From assembly GCA_963674945.2 (NCBI GenBank), contig CAXXWQ010000002.1, forward strand, positions 352,001 to 416,000: 64,000 bases of DNA, given 5' to 3'. The position numbers were made by a program, and so were the translations under genes. Origin of the DNA: an uncultured Desulfosarcina sp. GTDB lineage: Bacteria; Desulfobacterota; Desulfobacteria; Desulfobacterales; Desulfosarcinaceae. The notes below the pieces were generated by a model. It saw nothing but the letters and a program-made list of their open reading frames with translations, made no database searches and was not told where the DNA came from. Of this stretch, positions 10,490-19,698 are shown in pieces (position 1 is the stretch's first letter; each line of letters starts with the position of its first letter).

Positions 10490-11074
10490 ATGAACAAACA
10501 CCTTCAATACGCTATCTTTTTTATTGTCATCCTGATTCTGGCAACCTCCGTTGCCTATTCCCAAGAGACGCCGAAAGAAGAGTCAAAGGATATTTATGTC
10601 ATCGGAAATGGTGATGTTCTCGAAATCGTGACATGGAAAGAACCGGACTTTTCCCGGGAAGAGATCCTGGTTCGACTGGACGGCCGGATTTCCTTTCCAC
10701 TTCTTAACGATCTGGTTGCGGCCGGCAAAACCCCCATTCAATTGAAATTTGAAATCGAGAATCAGCTCAAGGATTTCGTAACCGATCCCAATGTTACCGT
10801 TACGGTGACGATCGGGGCGAGCAAACGGTTTTACATTTTGGGGGAAGTGGTCAATACGGGTGAATATCCTCTTGTAAAAAAGCTCACTGTCTTGCAGGCG
10901 TTCGCGGTTGCCGGTGGTTTCACCGAATGGGCATCCAAGAAAGAGATCATTTTGTTTCGACGGGAGGGCAAGAAGGAAACCGTTCTCAGAATCGATTACC
11001 GGGATATTATAAAGGGCAAGGACTTCAGCAAGAATGTGGAAATCCAGCCTGACGATACGATCATCGTACCGTAG
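10490..11074 (+). CDS. Polysaccharide export protein (Poly_export + SLBB, Wza-like)
   Basis: YVIGNGDVL, VRLDGRISFPL, GEVVNTG, GGFTEWA. Confidence 0.9.
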   Translation: MNKHLQYAIFFIVILILATSVAYSQETPKEESKDIYVIGNGDVLEIVTWKEPDFSREEILVRLDGRISFPLLNDLVAAGKTPIQLKFEIENQLKDFVTDPNVTVTVTIGASKRFYILGEVVNTGEYPLVKKLTVLQAFAVAGGFTEWASKKEIILFRREGKKETVLRIDYRDIIKGKDFSKNVEIQPDDTIIVP

Positions 11075-11452
11075 AATTCGCCACGGCCCCACACGGACGC
11101 ACACAGATAAAAGAGAAAAGATAATTCGCCACGGACCCACACGGACGCACACGGACAAGAAAGAAAAGATAATTCGCCACGGCCCCACACGGACGCACAC
11201 GGACAAGAAAGGAAAGATAAATTGGCCACGGACCCACACGGACCCACACAGACAAAACAAGTAAATACTTGCCTTCGGCAAAAAACAAAGAAGCCCATAA
11301 AAACGCAGAAGTTGATCATTCGGTTTACGTTTTTCCAGCCGCAGGCTGCAGTTAACCCGTCCGTGTGCGTCCGTGTGTGTCCGTGGCCAATTTCCAGCCG
11401 CAGGCTGCAAACATAACCCGTCCGTGTAAGTCGGTGTGTGTCCGTGGCAAAA
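11075..11452. repeat. Family-A element, copy 1 (CACACGGAC left arms, conserved core, GTCCGTGTG right arms)
   Basis: Four ~48-nt left units, ~110-nt core (TACTTGCCTTCGGCAAAAAAC...GTTGATCATTCGGTTTACG), right units with CAGCC-GNA-GGCTG hairpins. Confidence 0.9.
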
Positions 11453-11472
11453 ATTAAAAAACAGGAAAAAAG

Positions 11473-12462
11473 GTGAAAAAAAATTTTAACGAAGCGATCC
11501 TGAAGCTCGATCCGGAAGTTGAAGCCGAAGCCATCTGCAATCAGATCAAAACCCTCATGGCCAGACAGATCAAACGGCGTGGTCTTGTGGTCGCTCTTTC
11601 CGGCGGTATCGACAGCAGTGTCAGTGTGGCACTGGCAGCAAAGGCGTTGGGACCCGAACGGGTCGTCGCCCTCTTGATGCCCGAACGGCACTCGTCGGAG
11701 AATACCCTGGACCTGAGTCGATCGGTCGCCGAGGCCTTCGGGGTGAAATGGTTCCACGAGGACATCTCCGGCGTTCTCGAGGCGTTGGGGTTCTACCGGC
11801 GATACGACGATGCGGTCCGCCGGGTGATACCCGAGTATGGCGATGGATGGAAATCCAAGATCGTCATTCCAAACGTGATGGACTCCAAAGGGTTCAACCT
11901 GTTTTCCATCGTGGCCCAGCGTCCCGATGGGAGCCAGCTCCGAAAGCGGCTGCCGCTTACGGCCTATCTGGAGATCGTCGCCGCCACAAACTTCAAACAG
12001 CGGACCCGTAAGATGTTCGAGTACTATTACGCCGACCGCTTCAATTATGCCGTGGTGGGAACGCCCAATCGACTGGAATACGACCAGGGGTTCTTCGTCA
12101 AGCTCGGCGATGGTGCCGCCGACATCAAGCCCATCGCCCACTTATACAAGACGCAGGTGTACCAGATGGCCAAACACCTGGGTGTGCCGGAGCGAATCTG
12201 CCATCGGCCGCCCACCACCGACACCTATTCCATGGCCCAGGGGCAGGACGAATTCTACTTTTCCCTGCCGTACCACAAGATGGATCTGTGCCTGTACGGC
12301 AAGAATAACGGCTACGCACCCCATGAGATTGCCGATACCCTGAACTTGACCGCCGAACAGGTCCAGCGGGTGTACGACGATATCGACACCAAGCGATCGA
12401 CGACCCGATACCTGCATCTGGCACCGCAGCTGATCCGGGATGTGCCTGAGATTAGAAATTAG
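11473..12462 (+). CDS. nadE: NAD+ synthetase-like (NadE family) protein, EPS-locus type
   Basis: LSGGIDSS, NFKQRTR, GTPNRLE, GFFVKLGDG, PIAHLYKTQV. Confidence 0.85.
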   Translation: MKKNFNEAILKLDPEVEAEAICNQIKTLMARQIKRRGLVVALSGGIDSSVSVALAAKALGPERVVALLMPERHSSENTLDLSRSVAEAFGVKWFHEDISGVLEALGFYRRYDDAVRRVIPEYGDGWKSKIVIPNVMDSKGFNLFSIVAQRPDGSQLRKRLPLTAYLEIVAATNFKQRTRKMFEYYYADRFNYAVVGTPNRLEYDQGFFVKLGDGAADIKPIAHLYKTQVYQMAKHLGVPERICHRPPTTDTYSMAQGQDEFYFSLPYHKMDLCLYGKNNGYAPHEIADTLNLTAEQVQRVYDDIDTKRSTTRYLHLAPQLIRDVPEIRN

Positions 12463-12751
12463 CCACAGGCACACACAGACGAAAAAGAGAAGATAAATTG
12501 GCCACGGACGCACACGGATAAAAGAGAAAAGATAAATTGGCCACAGACCCACACGGACCCACACAGACAAAACAAGTAAATACTTGCCTTCGGCAAAAAA
12601 CAGAGAAGTCCATAAAAAAGCGGAAGTAGATCTAGATCATTCGGTTTACGTTTTTCCAGCCGCAGGCTGCAGTTAACCCGTCCGTGTGCGTCCGTGGCAA
12701 AACTTCAGCCGAAGGCTGCACGCATAACTTGTCCGTGTGTGTCCGTGGCAA
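12457..12751. repeat. Family-A element, copy 2
   Basis: Same arms and core; overlaps the nadE TAG. Confidence 0.9.
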
Positions 12752-12780
12752 TAAGTTAGAATCAGGAGCAAGTACATATA

Positions 12781-13026
12781 ATGAGTGAAACGAAAACGAA
12801 AATCAGAGAATTCATCGTAGAAAACTTCCTCTTCGGCAACGCCAATGGCCTTGCCGACGACACCTCTTTCTTGGAAGAGGGGATCATCGATTCAACCGGC
12901 GTGCTGGAGCTGGTCACGTTTCTGGAAGAGACGTTTGAAATTCAGGTGGACGACGAAGAGCTGATCCCGGAAAACCTCGATTCCATCGGCAACGTTACGG
13001 CCTATCTGGAACGTAAATTGGGGTAA
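12781..13026 (+). CDS. Acyl carrier protein
   Basis: GIIDSTGVLELV phosphopantetheine motif; acidic 81 aa. Confidence 0.9.
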   Translation: MSETKTKIREFIVENFLFGNANGLADDTSFLEEGIIDSTGVLELVTFLEETFEIQVDDEELIPENLDSIGNVTAYLERKLG

Positions 13027-13049
13027 AAATAGACTCTCGCAGCGTCGCA

Positions 13050-13277
13050 GAGCCCATAAAAACGCAGAAGTTGATCATTCGGTTTGCGTTTTTCCAGCCA
13101 ACGGCTGCATTTAACCCTTCCGTGTGGGTCCGTGTGGGTCCGTGTGGGTCCGTGTGTTTTCGTGGCCAATTCCAGCCGTAGGCTGTAAAAAAACCGTCTG
13201 TGTGAGTCCGTGTGTGTCCGTGGCCAATTCCCAGCCGCAGGCTGAACAAAAACCCGTCCGTGTGCGTCCGTGGCAAA
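13050..13277. repeat. Family-A element, copy 3 (partial core and right arms)
   Basis: AGCCCATAAAAACGCAGAAGTTGATCATTCGG core followed by GTCCGTGTG units. Confidence 0.85.
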
Positions 13278-13290
13278 ATAATATAGCCAC

Positions 13291-13680
13291 CTACTGCCAA
13301 GAATATAGTGACAGACCGGCAATATTTTGTAACAGTTCGAAATGATGGTCGAACGAAAAAAGTGTGCATTGGTGTTGGACAGCATTCTGAGCGATGATTA
13401 AATCGGGAACCCCGATTCCATTTATCCCGTTTTTCAAACATCTGTATTGCCAATGGACAAGTTGATGCCATTGGATGTTGATGTCAAGCCGATAGATGCT
13501 ATGTAACAACCCGATGAGTTTCCGTTGATTGCGGAGCCTTAGAAAAGGGACGAGTTCGGTAAGAATCATATCATTGATGGCAACAAGGTTTTCATCGATC
13601 AGAAAATTCAGCTGCGTGTCATCGCCATCACCCCTGAAATAGGCGATCCAAACTGAAGAATCGATAAGAACCGTCATCAT
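13291..13680 (-). CDS. vapC: PIN-domain toxin (VapC)
   Basis: VLIDSSVWI, TEL, PDLIIA, FSFDHHF. Confidence 0.88.
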   Translation of the reverse strand: MMTVLIDSSVWIAYFRGDGDDTQLNFLIDENLVAINDMILTELVPFLRLRNQRKLIGLLHSIYRLDINIQWHQLVHWQYRCLKNGINGIGVPDLIIAQNAVQHQCTLFSFDHHFELLQNIAGLSLYSWQ

Positions 13681-13871
13681 CGGCCCCGTAAATGATTCAG
13701 GTCAATCTCCAGATCTTTCAAACTACCTTTAAATTGTTTTAATTCAGCGATCTTGGTTTTGCGGATCAGTTCTTCCAACGCGACGATAATAACCTTGGTT
13801 TTTGTGTTAATGCGCGTTGCCTTCATTGCCTCGACCAAAAGATCGTTCGGTAAATCCAATGTCGTTCGCAT
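13677..13871 (-). CDS. vapB: VapB-family antitoxin
   Basis: MRTTLDLPNDLLVEAM..TKTKVI; overlaps the toxin start. Confidence 0.85.
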   Translation of the reverse strand: MRTTLDLPNDLLVEAMKATRINTKTKVIIVALEELIRKTKIAELKQFKGSLKDLEIDLNHLRGR

Positions 13872-13983
13872 GATAGCTTCCTGTTAAGATTGGAACATTG
13901 GTTAACTTTATGCATAAAATTAACAATTAATGCATATATAGTCAAACACATTCGTCCGTGAGTGCCTTTGGCAAAAGAATAGA

Positions 13984-14320
13984 TTGCCACCGACCCACAC
14001 AAACGGCCACCGACAAAAAAGAAAAGATAAATTCGCCACAGACCCACACAAACGGCCACAGACATAAGAAATAAAAGGTAACCTTCGACAAAATAACGAA
14101 TAAAATAGCGAGAACTACCGTTTCGACCGTATTTGCCTGTAACTAACCTGTCATTCAGCCGCAGGCTGAACAAAAACCCGTCCGTGTAGGTCCGTGTGTG
14201 TCCGTGGCCAATTCCAGCCGCAGGCTGTAAAAAAACCGTCTGTGTGAGTCCGTGTGTGTCCGTGGCCAATTCCCAGCCGAAGGCTGCAAGTTAATATGTC
14301 CGTGTGTGTCCGTGGCAAAA
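13984..14320. repeat. Family-A element, copy 4 (divergent core)
   Basis: CCACAGACCCACAC left arms, an unrelated core, three right-arm units. Confidence 0.8.
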
Positions 14321-14409
14321 ATAAGAAAATAATCAAAATGCTCTGCGCCTCAGCGTTCTCGGGCGAAGCGGGCGAGAGATAAAGTAAGAATCTATGCCCA
14401 ATTATTAAA

Positions 14410-16077
14410 ATGTTAATTCATCAATTCTTAGAAAAATCCGCCAAACGCTATCCCGACAAGGTGGCCGTCGTTCACGAGAAGACGCGTGCTACCTACAGGC
14501 ATATAAACGAGAATGCAGAAAGACTTGCATCCTTTCTGATCGGCCGGGGCGTTACAAAAGGCGACCGGGTCGTGATCCAGCTGGAAAACAGCGTCGAATA
14601 CATCGTCGCCTACTACGGCATCCTGAAGGCCGGCGCCGTCGCAGTTCCCCTGAGCACGGACCTGAAGCCGGAAGGTCTCAACCCCTTGCTGGCAGAACTC
14701 GGACCTTCGGCGATCATTTCTGCTGCCCGTTTTGAGAGACTGCTGCAGGCGTCGGACCTGACCGTTCCCAATCTGAACACCCTGATCATCCATAACCCAA
14801 AGTTAAGCTGGGACGATCAGCCAATCACCGTCATCGCCTTCCAAGCCGTTATTGATCCAATAACGCTTCATAGAAATAAGATTCCGGCTCCAGATCAAGG
14901 CGGAGCCGAGTTTCAACCCGCAGTAATACAAAAGTATGTCGAGGACTTGGAAGGAGGCTCCAACGCCGATATTGAGCTGGAAGCTGTTTCGGTTACTTCT
15001 TCAGATATGGCCAGTATAATCTACACCTCCGGTTCTACCGGCAAATCCAAGGGGGTCATGCTCACCCACGGCAACATCGTCGCCAATGCGAATTCCATCT
15101 GCCAATACCTGCAATTGAGGGAGAGCGATATCCAGATGGTGGTGCTGCCGTTTTTCTATGTGATGGGAAAATCGCTTCTCAACACCATCATCGCCATCGG
15201 CGGAACGCTGGTGATCAACAATACATTCGCATTCCCCGCATCGGTGATCAACCAGATGATCGAAGAACGGGTTACCCTCTTTTCCGGCGTTCCTTCTACC
15301 TATGCGTACCTGCTTCATCGGTCACCTTTGAAAAAGAGCAGAGAGAAGCTTACAGATCTGCGAATGGTCACCCAGGCAGGCGGACACATGGCCCATTCGT
15401 TAAAAAAGCAATTGCAGGCCGCGCTCCCCGAACATACCCGGATCTGCATCATGTACGGTGCCACCGAGGCTTCGGCCCGTTTGACCTATTTGGATCCGGA
15501 TCGTTTCGAAGAGAAGATTGATTCCATCGGCCGGGCCATTCCCGGCGTGACAATAACCATCCGCGATGCCAATGGAGAAATCGTGCAACAGGGGGGGAAA
15601 GGGGAGATCGTCGCCACCGGTCCGAACATCATGCGGGGGTATTGGCAAGATCCCGAAGGGACGAAGGCCGTCCTGGATCAACATGGTTATCACACCGGCG
15701 ATATGGGATGGCAGGATGAACAGGGATTTATTTTCGTCGAAGGTCGGAAAGACGACATGCTCAAGGTGGGCGGGCATCGAATCAATCCCCAGGAGATCGA
15801 AGATGCGGTCCTGGCGACGCAGCTGGTTGTGGAAGCGTCGGTGGTGGGCATACCGGATTCCCTTCTCGGTACCCGCATGGCCGCCCTGGTCGTTTTGCTA
15901 AACGGCGATGTCTCTATCACAACAATCATGGAAAAATGCGCTGGGACCCTGCCCAAATACAAACTGCCAAGTGAAATCAAGGTGGTTCGATCCTTGCCGA
16001 AAAACGCCAACGGTAAAGTCGACAAGAAGAGGTGTATGGAAATTCTCACCAAAGAGAATTTAGCGAATAGCTCATAG
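14410..16077 (+). CDS. AMP-forming acyl/aminoacyl ligase, EPS/exosortase-associated
   Basis: YTSGSTGKSKG, MYGATEA, HTGD, GRKDDMLK, PKNANGK. Confidence 0.9.
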   Translation: MLIHQFLEKSAKRYPDKVAVVHEKTRATYRHINENAERLASFLIGRGVTKGDRVVIQLENSVEYIVAYYGILKAGAVAVPLSTDLKPEGLNPLLAELGPSAIISAARFERLLQASDLTVPNLNTLIIHNPKLSWDDQPITVIAFQAVIDPITLHRNKIPAPDQGGAEFQPAVIQKYVEDLEGGSNADIELEAVSVTSSDMASIIYTSGSTGKSKGVMLTHGNIVANANSICQYLQLRESDIQMVVLPFFYVMGKSLLNTIIAIGGTLVINNTFAFPASVINQMIEERVTLFSGVPSTYAYLLHRSPLKKSREKLTDLRMVTQAGGHMAHSLKKQLQAALPEHTRICIMYGATEASARLTYLDPDRFEEKIDSIGRAIPGVTITIRDANGEIVQQGGKGEIVATGPNIMRGYWQDPEGTKAVLDQHGYHTGDMGWQDEQGFIFVEGRKDDMLKVGGHRINPQEIEDAVLATQLVVEASVVGIPDSLLGTRMAALVVLLNGDVSITTIMEKCAGTLPKYKLPSEIKVVRSLPKNANGKVDKKRCMEILTKENLANSS

Positions 16078-16249
16078 GGGGTAGCGTCTATGAAAGAAAA
16101 AACCTTCATATAAACTATTGACATTGCATAAGTTACAAGGAAATCAGCTATCAGCTGTCACGTCCGTGTGAGTCTGTGGCGAAATTTAGAATTCAAAACT
16201 CAAAATTAATAATTGCTGATTGATGGTGTGTCCGTAGCCAAAGATAAAA

Positions 16250-17107
16250 ATGCCCAAGACCAATATCACCAATTATCTAACCATCGACGTCGAGGATTAT
16301 TTTCAGGTATCGGCCTTTGAAAAGGCGATCGATCCAGCATCCTGGGATACGTATGAATCCAGAGTTGTCGATAACACAAAGTTATTGCTTGATATTTTAT
16401 GCGATCGAGGCGTGAACGCCACTTTTTTCATCGTGGGCTGGATCGCCGAACGCTATCCAAAGATGGTTCGCATGATATGCGACCAGGGCCATGAAATCGC
16501 CTGCCACAGCTATATGCATCGAAAGGTGTATGACCTGGGGCCGAAATCCTTTATGGCTGATACCATCCGGGCCAAATCGACCTTGGAGGATATTATCGGG
16601 GATCCCGTCATCGGGTATCGGGCACCGAGTTATTCCATCACCCGCAAATCGTTGTGGGCATTGGATATTTTGGCAGAATTGGGATTCGAATACGACTCCA
16701 GTATCTTTCCCACCTACCACGACAATTACGGCATTCCCGATGCGCCACGATTCGCCTATACCTTGCCGAAACAACAGATGACCGAGTATCCCATCTCCAC
16801 GTTACAATTTATGGGGAAAAACGTTCCCGTATCCGGCGGCGGCTATTTCCGGCTGTTTCCCTATGCAGTCACGAGAAAGGCCCTGAAACGGATCAATGAG
16901 AAGGAGAGACAACCATTCGTTTTCTATCTTCATCCCTGGGAGGTCGACCCCGATCAACCGCGCGTTCGAAATTCCAGTCCCCTGTCCCGTTTTCGACACT
17001 ACATTAACCTGAAGTCGACGCGAGACAAGTTCCAACGATTGTTGGATGATTTTTCATTTGGCCCTTTCAGGAAATTAGCCACAGACACACATAGAAGCAT
17101 CAGCTGA
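16250..17107 (+). CDS. XrtA-system polysaccharide deacetylase
   Basis: TIDVEDYFQV, HEIACHSYMH, GYRAPSYS, GGGYFRL, FYLHPWE. Confidence 0.92.
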   Translation: MPKTNITNYLTIDVEDYFQVSAFEKAIDPASWDTYESRVVDNTKLLLDILCDRGVNATFFIVGWIAERYPKMVRMICDQGHEIACHSYMHRKVYDLGPKSFMADTIRAKSTLEDIIGDPVIGYRAPSYSITRKSLWALDILAELGFEYDSSIFPTYHDNYGIPDAPRFAYTLPKQQMTEYPISTLQFMGKNVPVSGGGYFRLFPYAVTRKALKRINEKERQPFVFYLHPWEVDPDQPRVRNSSPLSRFRHYINLKSTRDKFQRLLDDFSFGPFRKLATDTHRSIS

Positions 17108-17140
17108 TAGCTCATAGCTGATAAGCTTATAGTGAATAGC
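17103..17140 (+). repeat. Heptamer array GCTSATA, left arm of four-helix-bundle gene 2
   Basis: gctgata gctcata gctgata a gcttata gtgaata gc. Confidence 0.8.
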
Positions 17141-17145
17141 AATAT

Positions 17146-17505
17146 ATGAAACTTTCTTTCGAAAATCTCAAAGTTTACCAAAAGGCTTTAGATTTTTCAG
17201 TAAGCGTCATAGATGCAATTGAGGAATTTGAAACACCACGAAAACATTATCGGCTGATAGAACAACTGGAGGCAGCATGCACGTCAATACCGATGAACAT
17301 TTCGGAGGGAAAGGGTCGTTACTCAAAGAAAGAATTCAAGCACTTTCTTTACATAGCCAGAGGCAGTCTTTATGAGACCGTTACGATGCTCCAAATATTC
17401 AGAAAAAAGGACTGGCCAAAAACCGAGAATTACAATTTATTATACCATGACGCAGAAGAAATAAATAAAATGTTATCCGGCCTGATCGCTACCATCAAAA
17501 CATGA
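17146..17505 (+). CDS. Four-helix-bundle protein (23S rRNA IVP/Avd-like)
   Basis: FENLKVYQKA, QLEAACTSIPMNISEGKGRYSKKEFKHFLYIARGSLYE. Confidence 0.92.
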   Translation: MKLSFENLKVYQKALDFSVSVIDAIEEFETPRKHYRLIEQLEAACTSIPMNISEGKGRYSKKEFKHFLYIARGSLYETVTMLQIFRKKDWPKTENYNLLYHDAEEINKMLSGLIATIKT

Positions 17506-17516
17506 TCTATTTTTTT

Positions 17517-17586
17517 TATCAGCTATCAGCTATCAGCTATCAGCTATCAGCTATCAGCTATCAGCTATGAGCTATGAGCTATGACC
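17517..17586 (-). repeat. Heptamer array, right arm of four-helix-bundle gene 2
   Basis: (TATCAGC)x7, (TATGAGC)x2, TATGACC; reverse complement of the left-arm units. Confidence 0.95.
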
Positions 17587-18927
17587 TATCACATCACCCA
17601 CCTGGGAGCAGAACACTGCGTTACCGGATCATGCCACCTGATCCGGGCCAACGGTCTGACCATCATGGTCGATTGCGGCGCGGCCCAGGGAAGCGATCCG
17701 GATACCCGGATGGACCAATGGCCCGTCAGGCCAAGCGAAATCGACTACCTTTTTTTGACCCACGCCCACATCGACCACATCGGGCGTGTACCGGAGCTGA
17801 TCCGGCATGGTTTCAACGGTGAGATCATCTGTTCCCATCCCACCCGGGCGCTGCTTTTTCCCATGCTGGCCGATGCCATGAAGTTCGCCGATATTTCGGA
17901 AAAGGCTGCCGCAAGCATGCAACAGACCCTCGACGATTTGTCATGGGGTTTCGAATACGAAGAACCCTTCGACCTGGAAAAGGGGATCTCGTTTCAGCTG
18001 AAACGGGCAGGACATATTCTGGGATCCACATTCATCCGCTTTCAGGACGACGCCACCGGGTGGTCGGTGATCTTCTCCGGCGATCTGGGCGCCACGGACA
18101 CTCCCATTTTGCCGGATCCCGATCCTCCCCAATGTGCCGACCTGGTGATCATGGAATCCACTTACGGGGATCGGTTCCATGACGACCGCAAAGAAAGGGT
18201 GCGACGCCTGGGGCAGGTGCTGGCCCATGCACTGGCCGACCGGGGAAAGGTGTTCATTCCGGCGTTTTCTTTGGGACGCGCCCAGGAATTGCTCTATGAA
18301 ATGGACCGCCTGTTTTCGGATCCGGATTACCGGAGTCTGTTTCCCGCGCTCCAGGGCCAGAAACGGCTGCCGGTGTTCGTCGACTCCCCCCTCGGCCTGG
18401 AGATCACCCGGATCTATGCCCGTCTTTCCGAATTCTGGGACAAGGACGCCAAGGATCTTCATCGTGCCGGCGACCATCCACTGGATTTCGAAGGTCTGTA
18501 TGCGGTAGAAAGCCATCGTGATCACCTGGCGCTGTGCGATGCAAACGGTCCGGCGGTCATTCTCGCCGGAAGCGGCATGTGCACCGGCGGAAGAATCCTC
18601 GATCATCTCAAAACGGGAATCGATGATCCTGCCAACGACGTTCTTTTCGTCGGCTACCAGGCCCATGGTACGCCCGGACGAACGATCCGGAATCATGCCG
18701 CCAAGCCTGGTGCGTTCGTCGAACTCGATGGCGCGCATTTTCCCATCAAGGCGCAGATTCATACCCTTTCCGGATATTCGGCCCACGCGGACCAGAAAGG
18801 CCTCATCCATTGGATTGCGTCCATGCCTGGAAAGCCGGGGGCCATCAAATTGGTGCATGGGGAAAAGCGGGCACGTGCGGTACTTGCCGAAGCGTTAACA
18901 AAACGGGGACATTCCATAGCGCCATGA
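17581..18927 (+). CDS. Metallo-beta-lactamase/beta-CASP ribonuclease
   Basis: VTGSCH, THAHIDHIG, AGHILGS, FSGDLG, MESTYG, SGYSAHAD, LVHGE. Confidence 0.92.
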   Translation: MTYHITHLGAEHCVTGSCHLIRANGLTIMVDCGAAQGSDPDTRMDQWPVRPSEIDYLFLTHAHIDHIGRVPELIRHGFNGEIICSHPTRALLFPMLADAMKFADISEKAAASMQQTLDDLSWGFEYEEPFDLEKGISFQLKRAGHILGSTFIRFQDDATGWSVIFSGDLGATDTPILPDPDPPQCADLVIMESTYGDRFHDDRKERVRRLGQVLAHALADRGKVFIPAFSLGRAQELLYEMDRLFSDPDYRSLFPALQGQKRLPVFVDSPLGLEITRIYARLSEFWDKDAKDLHRAGDHPLDFEGLYAVESHRDHLALCDANGPAVILAGSGMCTGGRILDHLKTGIDDPANDVLFVGYQAHGTPGRTIRNHAAKPGAFVELDGAHFPIKAQIHTLSGYSAHADQKGLIHWIASMPGKPGAIKLVHGEKRARAVLAEALTKRGHSIAP

Positions 18928-19187
18928 GGCTGGCGGATAAAAGTGATCAGTGATGGGTGATAGGAAAAGAGGCCGTAGGCGATAGGCTACAGGTTATCGG
19001 CGGACGGTAGCGTGGGCGACAAATGTTGAATTATGAATTGATAATGTTGAATTCAGAACTCAACATGAATAATTGCTGTTTGATGGTGTGTCCGTGGCTA
19101 AAATAAAAGAAACCTCTTTGCGGTCTTGGCGTCTTGAGCAAAGCCGGCGGTGAAAAGAGATGCTTCACAGAAGCCAAAAACGCCGCA

Positions 19188-19234
19188 TTGACATTGCCGT
19201 CAGTAAGATTTATAAATGGTCAAGATGACCATTT
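19188..19234 (+). promoter_or_regulatory. Sigma-70 promoter with overlapping palindromic operator for the Phd/VapC pair
   Basis: TTGACA (19188)-N17-TATAAA (19211); perfect IR AAATGGTCA-aga-TGACCATTT at 19214-19234. Confidence 0.7.
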
Positions 19235-19277
19235 TGACTATCTTTTAGTGATGAACCAGCAAAAAAGTCAGATTCAG

Positions 19278-19402
19278 GATGGCTTCGTAAGAAGTTCGAG
19301 ATCAAGGCTTGCGAGCCCGGAGGAATGAGGCGTATGGTTGGATACGTCGCAATGACGAGGGGTGAAGCGTAACGCAGATATCGGGCTTTTTACGAAGCCA
19401 TC
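19278..19402. repeat. 125-bp MITE-like element in the TA leader
   Basis: Terminal IRs GATGGCTTCGTAAGAAG / CTTTTTACGAAGCCATC. Confidence 0.75.
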
Positions 19403-19419
19403 AAATATGGAGGCACTAC

Positions 19420-19698
19420 ATGCCGACTATATCGGTAGCCGAGGCAAAAAGCCATTTATCGGAACTCTTGGCGAAGAGCGCTTACAATAATGAAAAGTTT
19501 ATCATTACACGTCGCAACAAACCGATCGCCGCACTGGTCAGCATAGATGATTTACGGAAAATCGAACAATACGAAGAAAGAAAAGGGCTTTCCGATCTGA
19601 TCGGAAAATGGAGCGGGTTCGAGGAAATTTCCGAATTTATCGATGATGTAAAGGCCATTCGAAAAAAGGGCGGTACGGGTAGGGATGTATCTTTTTGA
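19420..19698 (+). CDS. Phd/YefM-family antitoxin
   Basis: ISVAEAKSHLSELL..IITRRNKPIAALV. Confidence 0.9.
   Translation: MPTISVAEAKSHLSELLAKSAYNNEKFIITRRNKPIAALVSIDDLRKIEQYEERKGLSDLIGKWSGFEEISEFIDDVKAIRKKGGTGRDVSF

Noticed and set aside
11075..11260. CRISPR array (48-49-nt periodicity)
   Set aside because: The intervening segments are near-identical A-rich linkers rather than unique spacers, the units are mirrored by inverted arms, and no cas genes are present.
19003..19014. ops-like site GACGGTAGCGTG
   Set aside because: 11/12 match but mid-locus, with no JUMPstart context and no NusG paralog in the window; chance cannot be excluded.
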